NCBI GenBank assembly: GCA_964537405.1
Contig: CAZIBS010000002.1
Coordinates: forward strand, 1-61,287
Length of the DNA stretch: 61,287 bases
Direction: 5' to 3'
From: an uncultured Thermoanaerobaculia bacterium
GTDB taxonomy: Bacteria > Acidobacteriota > UBA4820 > DSQY01
Shown here: positions 33,871 to 43,853 of the stretch, piece after piece
How the letters are laid out: each line of letters starts with the position of its first letter
How positions within the stretch are numbered: position 1 is the stretch's first letter
Notes under the pieces: model-generated
What the model saw: the letters and a program-made list of their open reading frames with translations, nothing else
What the model was told of the DNA's origin: nothing
The model's database searches: none
Program-made: the position numbers and the translations under genes

Positions 33871-35178
33871 TTATCTCTCAGCGGCACCGCCGGGTTCAAG
33901 GTAAACCATTTCGCTGTCGTCGTCGTAGGCGAGGAGTTCGGCGTAGCGTCCCCAGTTAACGACGGTCTCGATCTGTCGTTCCGCCTCCTGCGAGGGAAAC
34001 TCAGGCTCCAGGGCGGCCTGCGCTACGTCCCAGTTCAGGCGCTGCTTTTCGGCGGCCCTCAAGAGTCTCGTCAGCCACTTGAAGATGGGCAGGCGACGTA
34101 TGCGACCGGCAAAAATTTCCTTTCGGGCCAGGATACCGGCCTCCGCGAAGGCTTCTCCAAGCGGCGTCAGCGCGATATCGCCCTCTGCAATCGTGGCAAA
34201 GCCAAGCAACTCCGCCGTTTCGCTCAGCCTGAGGATCTGGTCGGAGTCGACGTTCAGGTCATCGGGAATGCGGTAGATGTCATGACGGTCGTCCGGGTAG
34301 GCAGCGAGGTGTTCGAGAAAACTGGCCAGGTCGTTGATGTTGATGTGCGGCAGGGCGCGCGTGCGGCCCGGTTCGCCGGGCGCGGTGCCCATTTCGACGT
34401 GCTCCGGCATCGTCTGGCCCGCAAGGGTGGCATAAACGCGGTCTACCATTTCAATGAAGGGGGGCGCCTTGCGGTTGCGCGGGTGGGGGAAGTTTATCTC
34501 GAACTTGGCCATGATTCGGCCGGGATCCTTGTCCATCAGGATAATTCGGTCGGCCATAAGAACCGCTTCCTCGATGTTGTGGGTTACCATCAGGATGGCC
34601 TGGGTGGGAATGCTTCCGCTGGTCCATAGTTCCAGCAACTCACCCCTGAGGGCTTCGGCGCTCAACACGTCGAGAGCCGAAAAGGGTTCGTCGAGACATA
34701 GAAGTTCCGGATCCAGCGCCATGGCCCTCGCAAAACCCACCTTTTGGCGCATGCCGCCCGAGAGTTCCCTCGGATACGCCGTCTCAAAACCATCAAGGCC
34801 GACGCGGTCCAAAAGGTCTATGGCCCTTCCCACGCGGAATTTAGCTTCAAGTCCGCGCGCCTTCAGTGGCAGCTCCACGTTTTCCTGAACCGTGAGCCAG
34901 GGGAAGAGCGCGAAGGATTGAAAGACGATGGTTGCACGTGGGTTGGCGCCAGTGAGAATGGCATTGCGGTAGAGGACGGTCCCCAGCGTTGGCCGCTGGA
35001 GGCCCGTTACGATCCTCAGGAGCGTGCTCTTTCCGCAGCCGGAAGGACCGAGCAAGCAGACGAACTCCCCTTCGTCGATCGTGAGACCGATGCTCTCCAC
35101 CACGGTGAAGGGACGCTTTGGACTGCCGTAAACCTGTCCCACGTCTTTTAGTTCGAGCAGGTGAGCATTTGAGGCCAT
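33871..35178 (-). CDS. ABC transporter ATP-binding protein (NitT/TauT-type) with C-terminal AAA-associated domain
   Basis: Walker A GPSGCGKST, signature LSGGMRQ and Walker B LLCLDEPFS, followed by a ~180-aa C-terminal extension. Confidence 0.9.
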   Translation of the reverse strand: MASNAHLLELKDVGQVYGSPKRPFTVVESIGLTIDEGEFVCLLGPSGCGKSTLLRIVTGLQRPTLGTVLYRNAILTGANPRATIVFQSFALFPWLTVQENVELPLKARGLEAKFRVGRAIDLLDRVGLDGFETAYPRELSGGMRQKVGFARAMALDPELLCLDEPFSALDVLSAEALRGELLELWTSGSIPTQAILMVTHNIEEAVLMADRIILMDKDPGRIMAKFEINFPHPRNRKAPPFIEMVDRVYATLAGQTMPEHVEMGTAPGEPGRTRALPHININDLASFLEHLAAYPDDRHDIYRIPDDLNVDSDQILRLSETAELLGFATIAEGDIALTPLGEAFAEAGILARKEIFAGRIRRLPIFKWLTRLLRAAEKQRLNWDVAQAALEPEFPSQEAERQIETVVNWGRYAELLAYDDDSEMVYLEPGGAAER

Positions 35179-35181
35179 GGT

Positions 35182-37053
35182 TCACTCCATTCGGTATCGC
35201 TCTTCGGCCAGTCGGTACAGGCGGCGCCAGACCAGCCGGTTTATCAACACCACCGTGACGATCATGGCTAGGGTAGAGGCAAGAAGCATGGGATAGTCTC
35301 CACTGGCCGTGGCCTCGGCGATGAGCGCGCCGATGCCCGTAGTATGCAGCGTCTTGCCGCCGAATGCCACGTATTCCGCCACGATGCTCGCATTCCACGC
35401 ACCTCCCGAAGCCGTGATGGCGCCCGTGATGATGTAGGGGAAGAGGGCCGGCAGTATGAGTGTGCGCCAGCGCTGCCAGCGTCCAAGACCCATGAGAGTG
35501 GCGGTGTACTTCAGATCCTGGGGAATGGCGGCGGCCCCGGCGATGACGTTGAAGAGCAGGTACCACTGGGTTCCCATCAGCATGAGCAGTATGGCCGCTA
35601 TGTTTAAACCCGCCGGGAGGGTGACCACCATGAGAAGAAATACCGGGAACAGTGCGGTGGCCGGGACCGAGGCGGTAACCTGTACGAGCGGCTGGAGCCA
35701 TTTCGCCAGTTTGTGGTTGGTGCCGATGGCGACGCCGAGCGGCAGCGTCCATGCCAGTGCTATGGCAAGGGCGACGGCTACCCGAAGGAAGGTGGCGCCC
35801 AGCCCAACGGCCACCGCGCCCCACTGGGCCAACCTTACTTCAAGGACCATTCCTCCCGCTTCGTAGAGACCGTAGAGGACGCCCGCGCCGATAATGGTAA
35901 GAAACGCGTAGAGCAGCCGGGGGTGCTTTTCTGCCTCGCCGGGGTAGCGTCCCCCGGCTGGAAAACGCTGCGACAGCCGCGTATCCACCCAGTTCCAGAC
36001 CGGCCCCCATATTCTATCCGACAGCCATTCTACGATCCTGGCGTCACGCAGGGCGTCATAGACCCACGACGTTGGGGGATTCTCTCCCTGGACCATTTCC
36101 AGCTTGAAACGATCGGCCCAGGCAAGCAGAGGCCGCCAAACGAGTTGGTCGAGGGCAACTATGACGAAGACAAGCGTTGCGATACCCCACGCGATTGCTT
36201 TGAAGTTGCCCTCGCTCGCGGCCTGTTGGAGGTAGGAGCCTAAACCGGGAAGGCGGAAGTCCCGCTGGCCGACGGTAAATATCTCGGCCGCCATAAGGAA
36301 GAACCACCCGCCGGCCCAGCTCATCATGCTGTTCCAGATGAGGCTTATCGCTGCGAAGGGAAGCTGAAGGGCTTTAAAGGTGATCCAGCCGTTGAAACGG
36401 AAGATGGAACCGGCCTCCTTGAGATCCGTGGGTATGGTGGTCAGAGCCTGATACCACGCGAAGGTAAGGTTCCACGCCTGACTCGTGAAGATGAGCACTA
36501 TGGCGGCAATACCGGCCGCGGTGCGGTCCGGCAGGATCGCGCTCAGCCCAAGAAGGACCACCGGGAGGAAGGAGAGGATGGGAATGCTCTGCAAGACATC
36601 CAGCATGGGAAGAAGAACGCGCTCCACGCGGCGGTTCGACGCCGCCAAGTAGCCATATACGATGGTGAAGAGCATCGACAGGGCGTAGGCGACGAACATT
36701 CGTCCCAGCGAGTAACCCGCGTAGAGAGGAAGCGCCTTTAAAGAGAGGGAAATATTGGGACCCTGTACGACGGAAGGGGCATGAAAGGCCAGGCGTATCC
36801 CGGCGTAAAGGAGGGCGCCCACACCCAGAAGGACCACCACGTCTCCCCATCCGGGGACCGGGCGACGCGTGTGCTCGGTTTTGAAGAGACGTTCAGCGGG
36901 TTGTACCGACAGACGACCCTCGTATGGCTCGGTAATTCCCTTAGCCTTCCACATGGTTTCCCCGTTACGGTACAACATCAGCGCAGCGCGGCCTTCACAT
37001 GGAGGCCTCAAACCACGCACGCCATTGTAGCCGCTGGCCCTCAAATCGTCCAA
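35182..37053 (-). CDS. ABC transporter permease, duplicated (two fused permease domains)
   Basis: About 12 TM segments in two homologous halves, located 3 nt upstream of the ATPase gene. The true start may be the internal ATG at 36978 or 36954. Confidence 0.85.
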   Translation of the reverse strand: MDDLRASGYNGVRGLRPPCEGRAALMLYRNGETMWKAKGITEPYEGRLSVQPAERLFKTEHTRRPVPGWGDVVVLLGVGALLYAGIRLAFHAPSVVQGPNISLSLKALPLYAGYSLGRMFVAYALSMLFTIVYGYLAASNRRVERVLLPMLDVLQSIPILSFLPVVLLGLSAILPDRTAAGIAAIVLIFTSQAWNLTFAWYQALTTIPTDLKEAGSIFRFNGWITFKALQLPFAAISLIWNSMMSWAGGWFFLMAAEIFTVGQRDFRLPGLGSYLQQAASEGNFKAIAWGIATLVFVIVALDQLVWRPLLAWADRFKLEMVQGENPPTSWVYDALRDARIVEWLSDRIWGPVWNWVDTRLSQRFPAGGRYPGEAEKHPRLLYAFLTIIGAGVLYGLYEAGGMVLEVRLAQWGAVAVGLGATFLRVAVALAIALAWTLPLGVAIGTNHKLAKWLQPLVQVTASVPATALFPVFLLMVVTLPAGLNIAAILLMLMGTQWYLLFNVIAGAAAIPQDLKYTATLMGLGRWQRWRTLILPALFPYIITGAITASGGAWNASIVAEYVAFGGKTLHTTGIGALIAEATASGDYPMLLASTLAMIVTVVLINRLVWRRLYRLAEERYRME

Positions 37054-37202
37054 CGGGGCAAGGGGATCGGCGCCTTTATGGAATAGAGACGGGCAAGCCC
37101 CGGGGAAGAATACCTATCTCTCGAGGTCTTCTGAAGATGAACCCGGCTGCGCCGAGGTATAAAAGTTTGGCGCGCAAAGAGCGTCCCTGGAGATAGGGCG
37201 TT

Positions 37203-38975
37203 TTACCCGCCCGTGTCGTGCCGCTTTACCACTGCCCGTTTGGTCTCTTCAAGTATCCAGTCGCCCACGACTTTTAGCGCCTTTGGCGAGATAGTGGTCT
37301 TAATTGTGCCGTACCCGGAGGGCGCGCCCGTCTCGGCCGGTTGGAGCAGGTGGTTTAGCCCGGGGAGTTCCTTAACGGTGAAGTCCTTGTTGCCGCCCGC
37401 TTTGAGCGCGCTTGCAATGGCCGCCAGGTTTTGCTTCGCGGGTACTTGCAGATCTTTCGAACCGCCGATGGCCAGGACGGAGCACTTGACCTTCGAGAGG
37501 GTTGGCCTTGGATCGTAGGCGATGAAATTCCTGTACCAGGGTGAAAGCAGACCCCGAAGCTGTGTTTTCAAAGCAGCCCCCTTGAGCCGAGGGTCCGCCT
37601 TGCTCAGGATCCGTCGAAGCTCGACAGCGGCCTTGGCGTTGTCCGGCTGGTTCTTTATGACGGCCAGGATTTGCTTTTCCGAGGTCACCTGCGCCTCGAT
37701 CTTTTCGGGCGGTACGCCATGCGCCTTTAAGATAAGAGCGAGCTGGGACAGGATGATCCGGTCACCGGGAAGACCCGGCCCTTCCAGCAAAACTATGAAA
37801 GCCACATCCTTGGATCGCACGGCGACCCTTGGGGCTATGTTGCCGCCCTCGCTGTGACCGATGAGCCCGATCTCTTTGGGGTTGATATCGTGCCTGGTTT
37901 TTAGAAAGGCCAGGCCCGCAAGGGCGTCGCCCACGAAATTGTCATCCGTGGCGGTGGCGAAGTCGCCCGTGGACAGGCCCGTGCCCCGGTCGTCCACGCG
38001 CAGAACGGCGATGCCGCGGCGTGTGAGGTAATCCGCCAGCACCAAGAAGGGCTTGTGGCCGAAAATCGTCTCGTTGCGATCCTGCGGACCGGATCCGGAG
38101 ATGAGCAGTACGGCTGGGAATGAACCGCCCGTGCGCGGCGTAGTCAAGGTCCCGGCAAGCGTGATATCCGCCTTTTTATTCGGGAAGGTCACGTCCTCGG
38201 AACGGTAGGGGTACGGCGGTTTGGGTTCCTGTGGACTGGGGGTGGCTTTCGAGTGGGGCTTGACGAAAAAGAGTCCGGCGACTTTTCCAGTGCCATCATA
38301 GACGACCTTTACATCCAGGCGTGTGAGGGCGAAGGTGCAAGACACGAGCACCATGCGATACATACCGGCTTGCACTTGCCTGGTCGCGCCGATCTTCTTC
38401 AGGGCGCCTGCCTTGCTCCGGAGCTGTTCCCAAACCCGGGCCAGCTTGGCAGCAGGAAGCGCCGTTTGCATCCTGGCATCAAACTGAGAAACGATCGCGG
38501 CGTTACTTCCGGCGGCCAGGTCGGCAACGAGTCGTCGAGCCCGGGCCTCAAGCGCGGTAGCGTCCCGCGAACCGGGGGGAGCGACTCTCCTTCCTTCGGT
38601 GCGCTTCAGGTTCAGGGTGAAGGTCATGCCGTTCTGCATCCAATGACCCCGAATGGCCGCGGCGTTTTGCACGGTTCCCTCGTAGCGCCCCCCAATACCC
38701 GGGACGTCAAGGAGAACCTTCCCCTTTTCAAGCATTATGCTGGATACGGGGATGCCCATGGCGCCTTGGTCGGGACTGTCCATCGTGGCGGTCAGGCCGC
38801 CCCCGGCTTTGGCCTTAATGTGGAAGATCACCGTGAGGCCTGTCCCGGTTGTTTCGAGCATTCCCCGCCAATTGCCGGAAAGGCTTTGCGTCGTTTTTTT
38901 CACGGGCGGCTTGACAGCCCGGACGCCAACCACGAAAAACATTAGAATCAATATGCTGGTCCATTTTTGTCTCAC
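37203..38975 (-). CDS. secreted alpha/beta-hydrolase (serine hydrolase/peptidase) with N-terminal accessory domains
   Basis: Nucleophile elbow GHSEGG. I chose the GTG at 38975, which is preceded by AAGGAGGG. It has an N-terminal signal anchor (RQKWTSILILMFFVVGVRA). Confidence 0.85.
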   Translation of the reverse strand: MRQKWTSILILMFFVVGVRAVKPPVKKTTQSLSGNWRGMLETTGTGLTVIFHIKAKAGGGLTATMDSPDQGAMGIPVSSIMLEKGKVLLDVPGIGGRYEGTVQNAAAIRGHWMQNGMTFTLNLKRTEGRRVAPPGSRDATALEARARRLVADLAAGSNAAIVSQFDARMQTALPAAKLARVWEQLRSKAGALKKIGATRQVQAGMYRMVLVSCTFALTRLDVKVVYDGTGKVAGLFFVKPHSKATPSPQEPKPPYPYRSEDVTFPNKKADITLAGTLTTPRTGGSFPAVLLISGSGPQDRNETIFGHKPFLVLADYLTRRGIAVLRVDDRGTGLSTGDFATATDDNFVGDALAGLAFLKTRHDINPKEIGLIGHSEGGNIAPRVAVRSKDVAFIVLLEGPGLPGDRIILSQLALILKAHGVPPEKIEAQVTSEKQILAVIKNQPDNAKAAVELRRILSKADPRLKGAALKTQLRGLLSPWYRNFIAYDPRPTLSKVKCSVLAIGGSKDLQVPAKQNLAAIASALKAGGNKDFTVKELPGLNHLLQPAETGAPSGYGTIKTTISPKALKVVGDWILEETKRAVVKRHDTGG

Positions 38976-39106
38976 CCAAACCCTCCTTGAGATAGACCTG
39001 TTATTCCTGCTTTCCACCGCGCCGGTTTTTTTATTCCCACCCTCAGGGAACAATGATACTACTTCAATGCTTCACGCACCGGAATGACGCCCTCCGGTTG
39101 CTACTA

Positions 39107-39122
39107 TTGGCATTAACCTTGC
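39107..39122 (+). promoter_or_regulatory. sigma-54 (-24/-12) promoter
   Basis: TGGCATTAACCTTGCA has GG-N10-GC spacing with TGGCAT at -24 and TTGCA at -12. It lies 36 nt upstream of the ATG at 39158. Confidence 0.6.
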
Positions 39123-39157
39123 ATCTTCTGTATCCTTTTGGTTGGAGGTGTGCCAAT

Positions 39158-40588
39158 ATGGCTCATGGGACAATTGTCATCCTGGAAGACGAAGCCGAAA
39201 ATCTCAGGAGCCTCACGCGCGCCCTGGAAAAGGTGGGCTACGATGTTCACGGCTACAGGGATCCCAGGAAAGGCATGGCTTTTCTTGACGACCACCGGAA
39301 TGTCGATATCGTTCTGACCGACATCAGAATGCCGGCCATGGACGGCATGGCCGTACTGAAGCACGTCAAGGAAAACCGGCCCGGCCTGCCCGTGCTTCTT
39401 ATAACCGCTTTCGGTTCCGTCGAGTCCGCCGTGGGAGCGATGAAGGTAGGAGCGGACGACTACCTGGCGAAACCGATCGACCTCTACGAACTCAGGCGCC
39501 GCGTCGAGGCACTCGTTGAAAAGCACCGCCTTGCCATGCGGGTCGATGAACTTCAAGCAAGGTTGGACGAACGCTTCGGCTTTGAGAACATCGTCGGAAC
39601 GAGTCGCCCCATGCAGGAACTCTTCCAGCAGATAAAGATGGTGGCTCCTACCAGGGCTACGGTTCTCATCAACGGTGAGTCGGGAACCGGCAAGGAACTG
39701 ATAGCCAACGCCATCCACCACAACTCCGACCGCAAGCGCAATCGCTTCCTGCCGATCAACTGCGCCGCGATTCCCGCCACCCTCATGGAGAGCGAACTAT
39801 TCGGCCACGAAAGGGGCTCTTTTACGGGCGCGGAGAAAACCCACCCCGGTAAGTTCGAACAGGCCGACCGCGGAACGCTCTTCCTGGACGAGATCGGGGA
39901 GTTGCCCATCGGCCTGCAGGCCAAATTGTTGCGAGTCCTTGAAGAGCGCATGGTTACCCGCGTGGGAAGTTCCCACCCCATACCGGTGGACGTCCGCATA
40001 GTTACCGCGACCAATCGCAATATCGAGGAAATGACGGCCGCCGGGGATTTTCGCAAAGACCTGTTTTACCGTCTCAAGGTCGTCGAGCTGCGCATCCCTC
40101 CTCTCAGGGAAAGAAAGGAAGACATTCCCCTCCTGGCCCACAGCTTCCTGGAGCAGTTAAACCGGGAGCACGGCAGAACTATAGAGAAAATTTCACCGGA
40201 GGCGCTCTCCGCCCTGGTCGCCTACCCCTGGCCCGGAAACGTAAGAGAGCTGAGAAACGTGATCGAGAGAACGGTTGTCTTCTGCCCGGAAAACGAGATA
40301 AGAATGACGCACCTTCCCGTTGAACTGCAAAGCGGCGTCGCCTTGACCACCCACGCCGGTCTACCTTCCCTACACGCGGCCGCCTCCACCGGTTTTGACG
40401 TCAGAGGCGAGGTGGTGCCGCTGGAAGAGATGGAAAGGCGCGCTATCTTACGAGCCCTTGAAGAAACCGGCGGGAACAAGACCCGGGCCGCCCGCCTGCT
40501 CGGCATCGGCCTGAGAACACTCCACCGTAAACTAAAGCAGTACCGGTATGATAACGCAACCATAAATTCAGAGAGGAGTATGCAATGA
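39158..40588 (+). CDS. sigma-54-dependent response regulator (NtrC family), no adjacent kinase
   Basis: REC (DIVLTDIRMPAMDG), Walker A GESGTGKE, GSFTGA loop and Fis-type HTH (KTRAARLLGIGLRTLHRKLKQY). The ATG at 39158 follows GGAGGTG. Confidence 0.95.
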   Translation: MAHGTIVILEDEAENLRSLTRALEKVGYDVHGYRDPRKGMAFLDDHRNVDIVLTDIRMPAMDGMAVLKHVKENRPGLPVLLITAFGSVESAVGAMKVGADDYLAKPIDLYELRRRVEALVEKHRLAMRVDELQARLDERFGFENIVGTSRPMQELFQQIKMVAPTRATVLINGESGTGKELIANAIHHNSDRKRNRFLPINCAAIPATLMESELFGHERGSFTGAEKTHPGKFEQADRGTLFLDEIGELPIGLQAKLLRVLEERMVTRVGSSHPIPVDVRIVTATNRNIEEMTAAGDFRKDLFYRLKVVELRIPPLRERKEDIPLLAHSFLEQLNREHGRTIEKISPEALSALVAYPWPGNVRELRNVIERTVVFCPENEIRMTHLPVELQSGVALTTHAGLPSLHAAASTGFDVRGEVVPLEEMERRAILRALEETGGNKTRAARLLGIGLRTLHRKLKQYRYDNATINSERSMQ

Positions 40589-42096
40589 AATTCTTCAAAT
40601 CACTCGTGCTGGCCGCCGTCGGCGCACTCCTTATACTGGCCGGCTTCGCCTTCGCGCAGTTCAAGAACGTCAGTACGCCCACGGCCCACGCGGCAACCAA
40701 GATCGCCAGCGACACGCAACCGGTGTTGAGAGGCGCCCCAAGCTTCGCCGACATTGCACAGAGAGTCAACCCGGCCGTTGTCTCCATCACCGCCATTGTC
40801 ATCCAAAAGAATAGACAGCCCAACAACCACGGCAACTTTCCAGGCCCGATGAACCCCTTCCAGTTTTTCTTCGGAACGCCCCACCCACAGATGCCGCGGG
40901 GAACTCCGCCCGTTCAGGAATCCGGGGGAAGCGGATTCATTATCAGTCCGAACGGTTATATCCTTACAAATAATCACGTGGTAAAGGGAGCTTCCAAGGT
41001 TACGGTCCGGCTTGACGACGATAGGAGCTTTACGGCCAAAATCGTTGGAACGGACGCGGACACCGATATTGCACTCCTCAAGATCAATGCTGAAAACCTG
41101 CCGACCCTTCCCATGGGCAATTCGGACGCAATACGCCAGGGAGACTGGGTTATGGCCGTCGGGAACCCTCTCATGTACAGCCATACCGTTACGGTGGGCG
41201 TTATCTCCGCCAAAGGACGTCATCTCTCTTCAAATTCTCTCGACAACTTTCTCCAGACAGACGCGGCCATTAACTTTGGAAACTCCGGCGGGCCCCTCGT
41301 AGACACGTCTGGAAAGGCCATAGGCATAAATACCGCGATCACGCGCAGCGACTTCAGGGGACGAATGGTCGAGGGCATCGGCTTCGCCATTCCTATCAAT
41401 ATCGTAAAAGAGGAGCTTCCGCAGCTCAAGAGCGGACACCCCGTCAAACGCGGCTACATGGGCGTACGGGTCGGTCCGGTCGACCATGACGCAATCGCTT
41501 ACTACAAGAGCACCTTCGGTATTAAGATAAACGGCGGAGCGCTGATCCAGAGTGTCGACGAAGGCACGCCGGCGGCTAAAGCCCACCTTGAGAAGGGCGA
41601 CATAATCGTGAGCGTCGACGGCAAGAAGATAAAGGACAGCAGTGAGCTTCCAGGTATCGTATCCGCTTACGCCCCCGGGAAGACCATAAAACTCGGCATT
41701 ATCAGAAAGGGACACCGCAAGTCGATCAAGATTACACTGGGCGACCGCGCTGTCGCTCTTAACGGTGGCTTTTCCACCAAAGGCGGAAAGAAAGGCAAGC
41801 ATTCCGCCAAGAACGTCCTGGGCATTATGGTGCAAGAGATCACGCCGCAGGCCAGGATGATGTACAGGATTCCCCAGGCTCTGAACGGGGTTGTCATCAC
41901 TTCGGTTGACCCGAAATCCAGCGCCTTCTCCAAGGGCATCAGGGAAGGCATGGTGCTCAACGAACTGGACGGCAAGACGATCAACAGCGTGGAAGACTTC
42001 CAGTCCGCCGTGGCAAAGGTTAAGAAAGGAGACATGGTTTCCGTCTACCTGCCTTCGGCCCATGGTGGAATCTACATGTACTTCCCCGCCGATTAA
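40585..42096 (+). CDS. htrA: periplasmic serine endoprotease DegP/HtrA (Do family, two PDZ domains)
   Basis: Signal peptide present. Catalytic triad motifs TNNHVV, DIALLKI and GNSGGPLVD are present. The ATG overlaps the regulator stop (ATGA). Confidence 0.95.
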   Translation: MKFFKSLVLAAVGALLILAGFAFAQFKNVSTPTAHAATKIASDTQPVLRGAPSFADIAQRVNPAVVSITAIVIQKNRQPNNHGNFPGPMNPFQFFFGTPHPQMPRGTPPVQESGGSGFIISPNGYILTNNHVVKGASKVTVRLDDDRSFTAKIVGTDADTDIALLKINAENLPTLPMGNSDAIRQGDWVMAVGNPLMYSHTVTVGVISAKGRHLSSNSLDNFLQTDAAINFGNSGGPLVDTSGKAIGINTAITRSDFRGRMVEGIGFAIPINIVKEELPQLKSGHPVKRGYMGVRVGPVDHDAIAYYKSTFGIKINGGALIQSVDEGTPAAKAHLEKGDIIVSVDGKKIKDSSELPGIVSAYAPGKTIKLGIIRKGHRKSIKITLGDRAVALNGGFSTKGGKKGKHSAKNVLGIMVQEITPQARMMYRIPQALNGVVITSVDPKSSAFSKGIREGMVLNELDGKTINSVEDFQSAVAKVKKGDMVSVYLPSAHGGIYMYFPAD

Positions 42097-42222
42097 CCGG
42101 GCACGTTTAACAGGCCTGCCAGGGAAGGGGCCGGCACCGGTCGTGCGCCGCCGGCTCCTTCTCCGTTTTACAACCAGCCATCTTTCTCTTCGGACGCCCA
42201 CCGCTGAAAACTCCGCTTGTTC

Positions 42223-42251
42223 TTGACCCGGAGACATCTATTGCCTATAAT
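42223..42251 (+). promoter_or_regulatory. sigma-70 promoter candidate for lysS
   Basis: TTGACC, 17 nt, then TATAAT. Confidence 0.55.
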
Positions 42252-42356
42252 TCAGGCCTTCGGATGGAGGCGCCTGCCCCGGCAGGTTACTATTGCCTCG
42301 CAACGCCCCCTTTGGAGTATCGCGAGAGACCCCCAGGCGTTTTTTTGGAGAAGCTG

Positions 42357-43853
42357 TTGGAAGACGAACTCGTAGCCCGGCGCCGCGCAAAGCGTGAAGA
42401 ATGGCCATCCGCCTTCGAGAACGCACTTGCCGACCGCTTCCCAACGACCCACTTAATAGGTGAAGTGCTCCGGCTCTACGGAAAGACCGCCGGAGAAAAA
42501 CTCACTCAAGACCCGGTTCGGGTGAAAGTCGCGGGAAGGCTGCAAAGCCGACGAAAGATGGGGAAGATAACCTTCGCCCACCTCGGTCAGGCCGGAGAAA
42601 AACTTCAACTTCTCTTCCAGCATCAGAAGCTGGAGGCCGGCTACGCCAAGCTTTCGCTCCTGGACGTCGGCGATTGGATCGGGATCAGCGGAGACCTCTT
42701 TCGGACGCGTACCGGTGAACTTACCGTACGGGTTGAAACCTATACGCCCCTGCAAAAATGTTTGAGGCCTCTCCCGGAGAAATGGCACGGCCTCACCGAC
42801 GTGGAGAGGCGTTACCGTCAACGCCACCTCGATTTAGCCATCAACGCCAAGAGTGTTGAACGTTTCAAGGCCCGTTCGAGAATGATAGCCGCCCTTAGGG
42901 CCTTCATGCACGAAAGCGGGTACGAAGAGGTGGAAACGCCCATGCTCCACCCGCTGGCCGGCGGTGCGGCCGCAAGACCCTTCGCTACCCACCACAACGC
43001 CCTGGACTGCGAACTCTTCCTCAGAATAGCACCGGAGCTGTACCTTAAACGACTGGTTATCGGCGGCCTGCCCAGGGTCTACGAGATCAACCGCAACTTC
43101 AGGAACGAAGGGGTTGATACCACGCACAATCCTGAATTCACCATGATGGAGTTCTATCAGGCCTATGCAAACGTTGAGGACCTGATGGTCTTCACCGAGA
43201 CCATGCTGCAACGGGTGGCCGGGGAGGTCTCCGGCGCGGGACCGGTTTCATTTGCGGACCACTCGATCGATTTTACGCCACCCTTCAAGCGACTTCGATT
43301 GAGAGAAGCTTCCGCTGAAGCCCTCGCCGAAAGGGGCGTCCCCGAAGGGGCCCGCCTCACTCCGGAGGGAAGGACCGAATGGGCACAGAAGCTGGGGATG
43401 AGTCCCAACAAGTCCCGCACCCCCGAGCGTTTCCTGTTGGAGGCCTTCGAAACCCTGGTGGAACCGACCCTGTGGGCACCCACCTTTGTATACGATTTTC
43501 CTATAGAGGTCTCCCCACTCTCTCGCCGAAAGGCGGCTGAGCCGGATACCGCCGCGCGTTTCGAACTCTTTGCCGGCGCGATGGAGTTGGCCAACGGCTT
43601 TTCGGAACTGAACGACCCCGACGACCAGCGGGCACGTTTCGCCGAACAAGCCCGCGCCAAGGCCGGGGGCGAGGAGGAGACGATGCCCTACGACGAGGAT
43701 TACTGCACGGCCCTCGAGTACGGTCTTCCGCCGACCGCCGGCGAGGGTCTCGGCATCGACCGCCTCGCCATGTTGCTGACCGGAACATCCTCCATCCGGG
43801 ACGTCATCCTTTTCCCCCTGTTAAAACCTCGCCCGGACGGCAATCGTCCATGA
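42357..43853 (+). CDS. lysS: lysine--tRNA ligase (class II)
   Basis: Class II motifs and an OB-fold region (GRLQSRRKMGKITFAHL). I prefer the TTG at 42357 (GGAGAAGCTG upstream; the N-terminus MEDELVARRRAKRE resembles other LysS). The ATG at 42264 lies only about 6 nt from the predicted transcription start. The ORF is open from 42264. Confidence 0.9.
   Translation: MEDELVARRRAKREEWPSAFENALADRFPTTHLIGEVLRLYGKTAGEKLTQDPVRVKVAGRLQSRRKMGKITFAHLGQAGEKLQLLFQHQKLEAGYAKLSLLDVGDWIGISGDLFRTRTGELTVRVETYTPLQKCLRPLPEKWHGLTDVERRYRQRHLDLAINAKSVERFKARSRMIAALRAFMHESGYEEVETPMLHPLAGGAAARPFATHHNALDCELFLRIAPELYLKRLVIGGLPRVYEINRNFRNEGVDTTHNPEFTMMEFYQAYANVEDLMVFTETMLQRVAGEVSGAGPVSFADHSIDFTPPFKRLRLREASAEALAERGVPEGARLTPEGRTEWAQKLGMSPNKSRTPERFLLEAFETLVEPTLWAPTFVYDFPIEVSPLSRRKAAEPDTAARFELFAGAMELANGFSELNDPDDQRARFAEQARAKAGGEEETMPYDEDYCTALEYGLPPTAGEGLGIDRLAMLLTGTSSIRDVILFPLLKPRPDGNRP

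Noticed and set aside
42258-42356. Possible attenuator or riboswitch in the lysS leader, because of a T7 run at 42340-42346
   Set aside because: The only complementary partner of CAGGCG (42334-42339) is CGCCTG, 57 nt upstream, with no supporting inner stem. I recognised no T-box or L-box features. The T-run directly precedes the GGAG ribosome-binding site and is probably just leader sequence.
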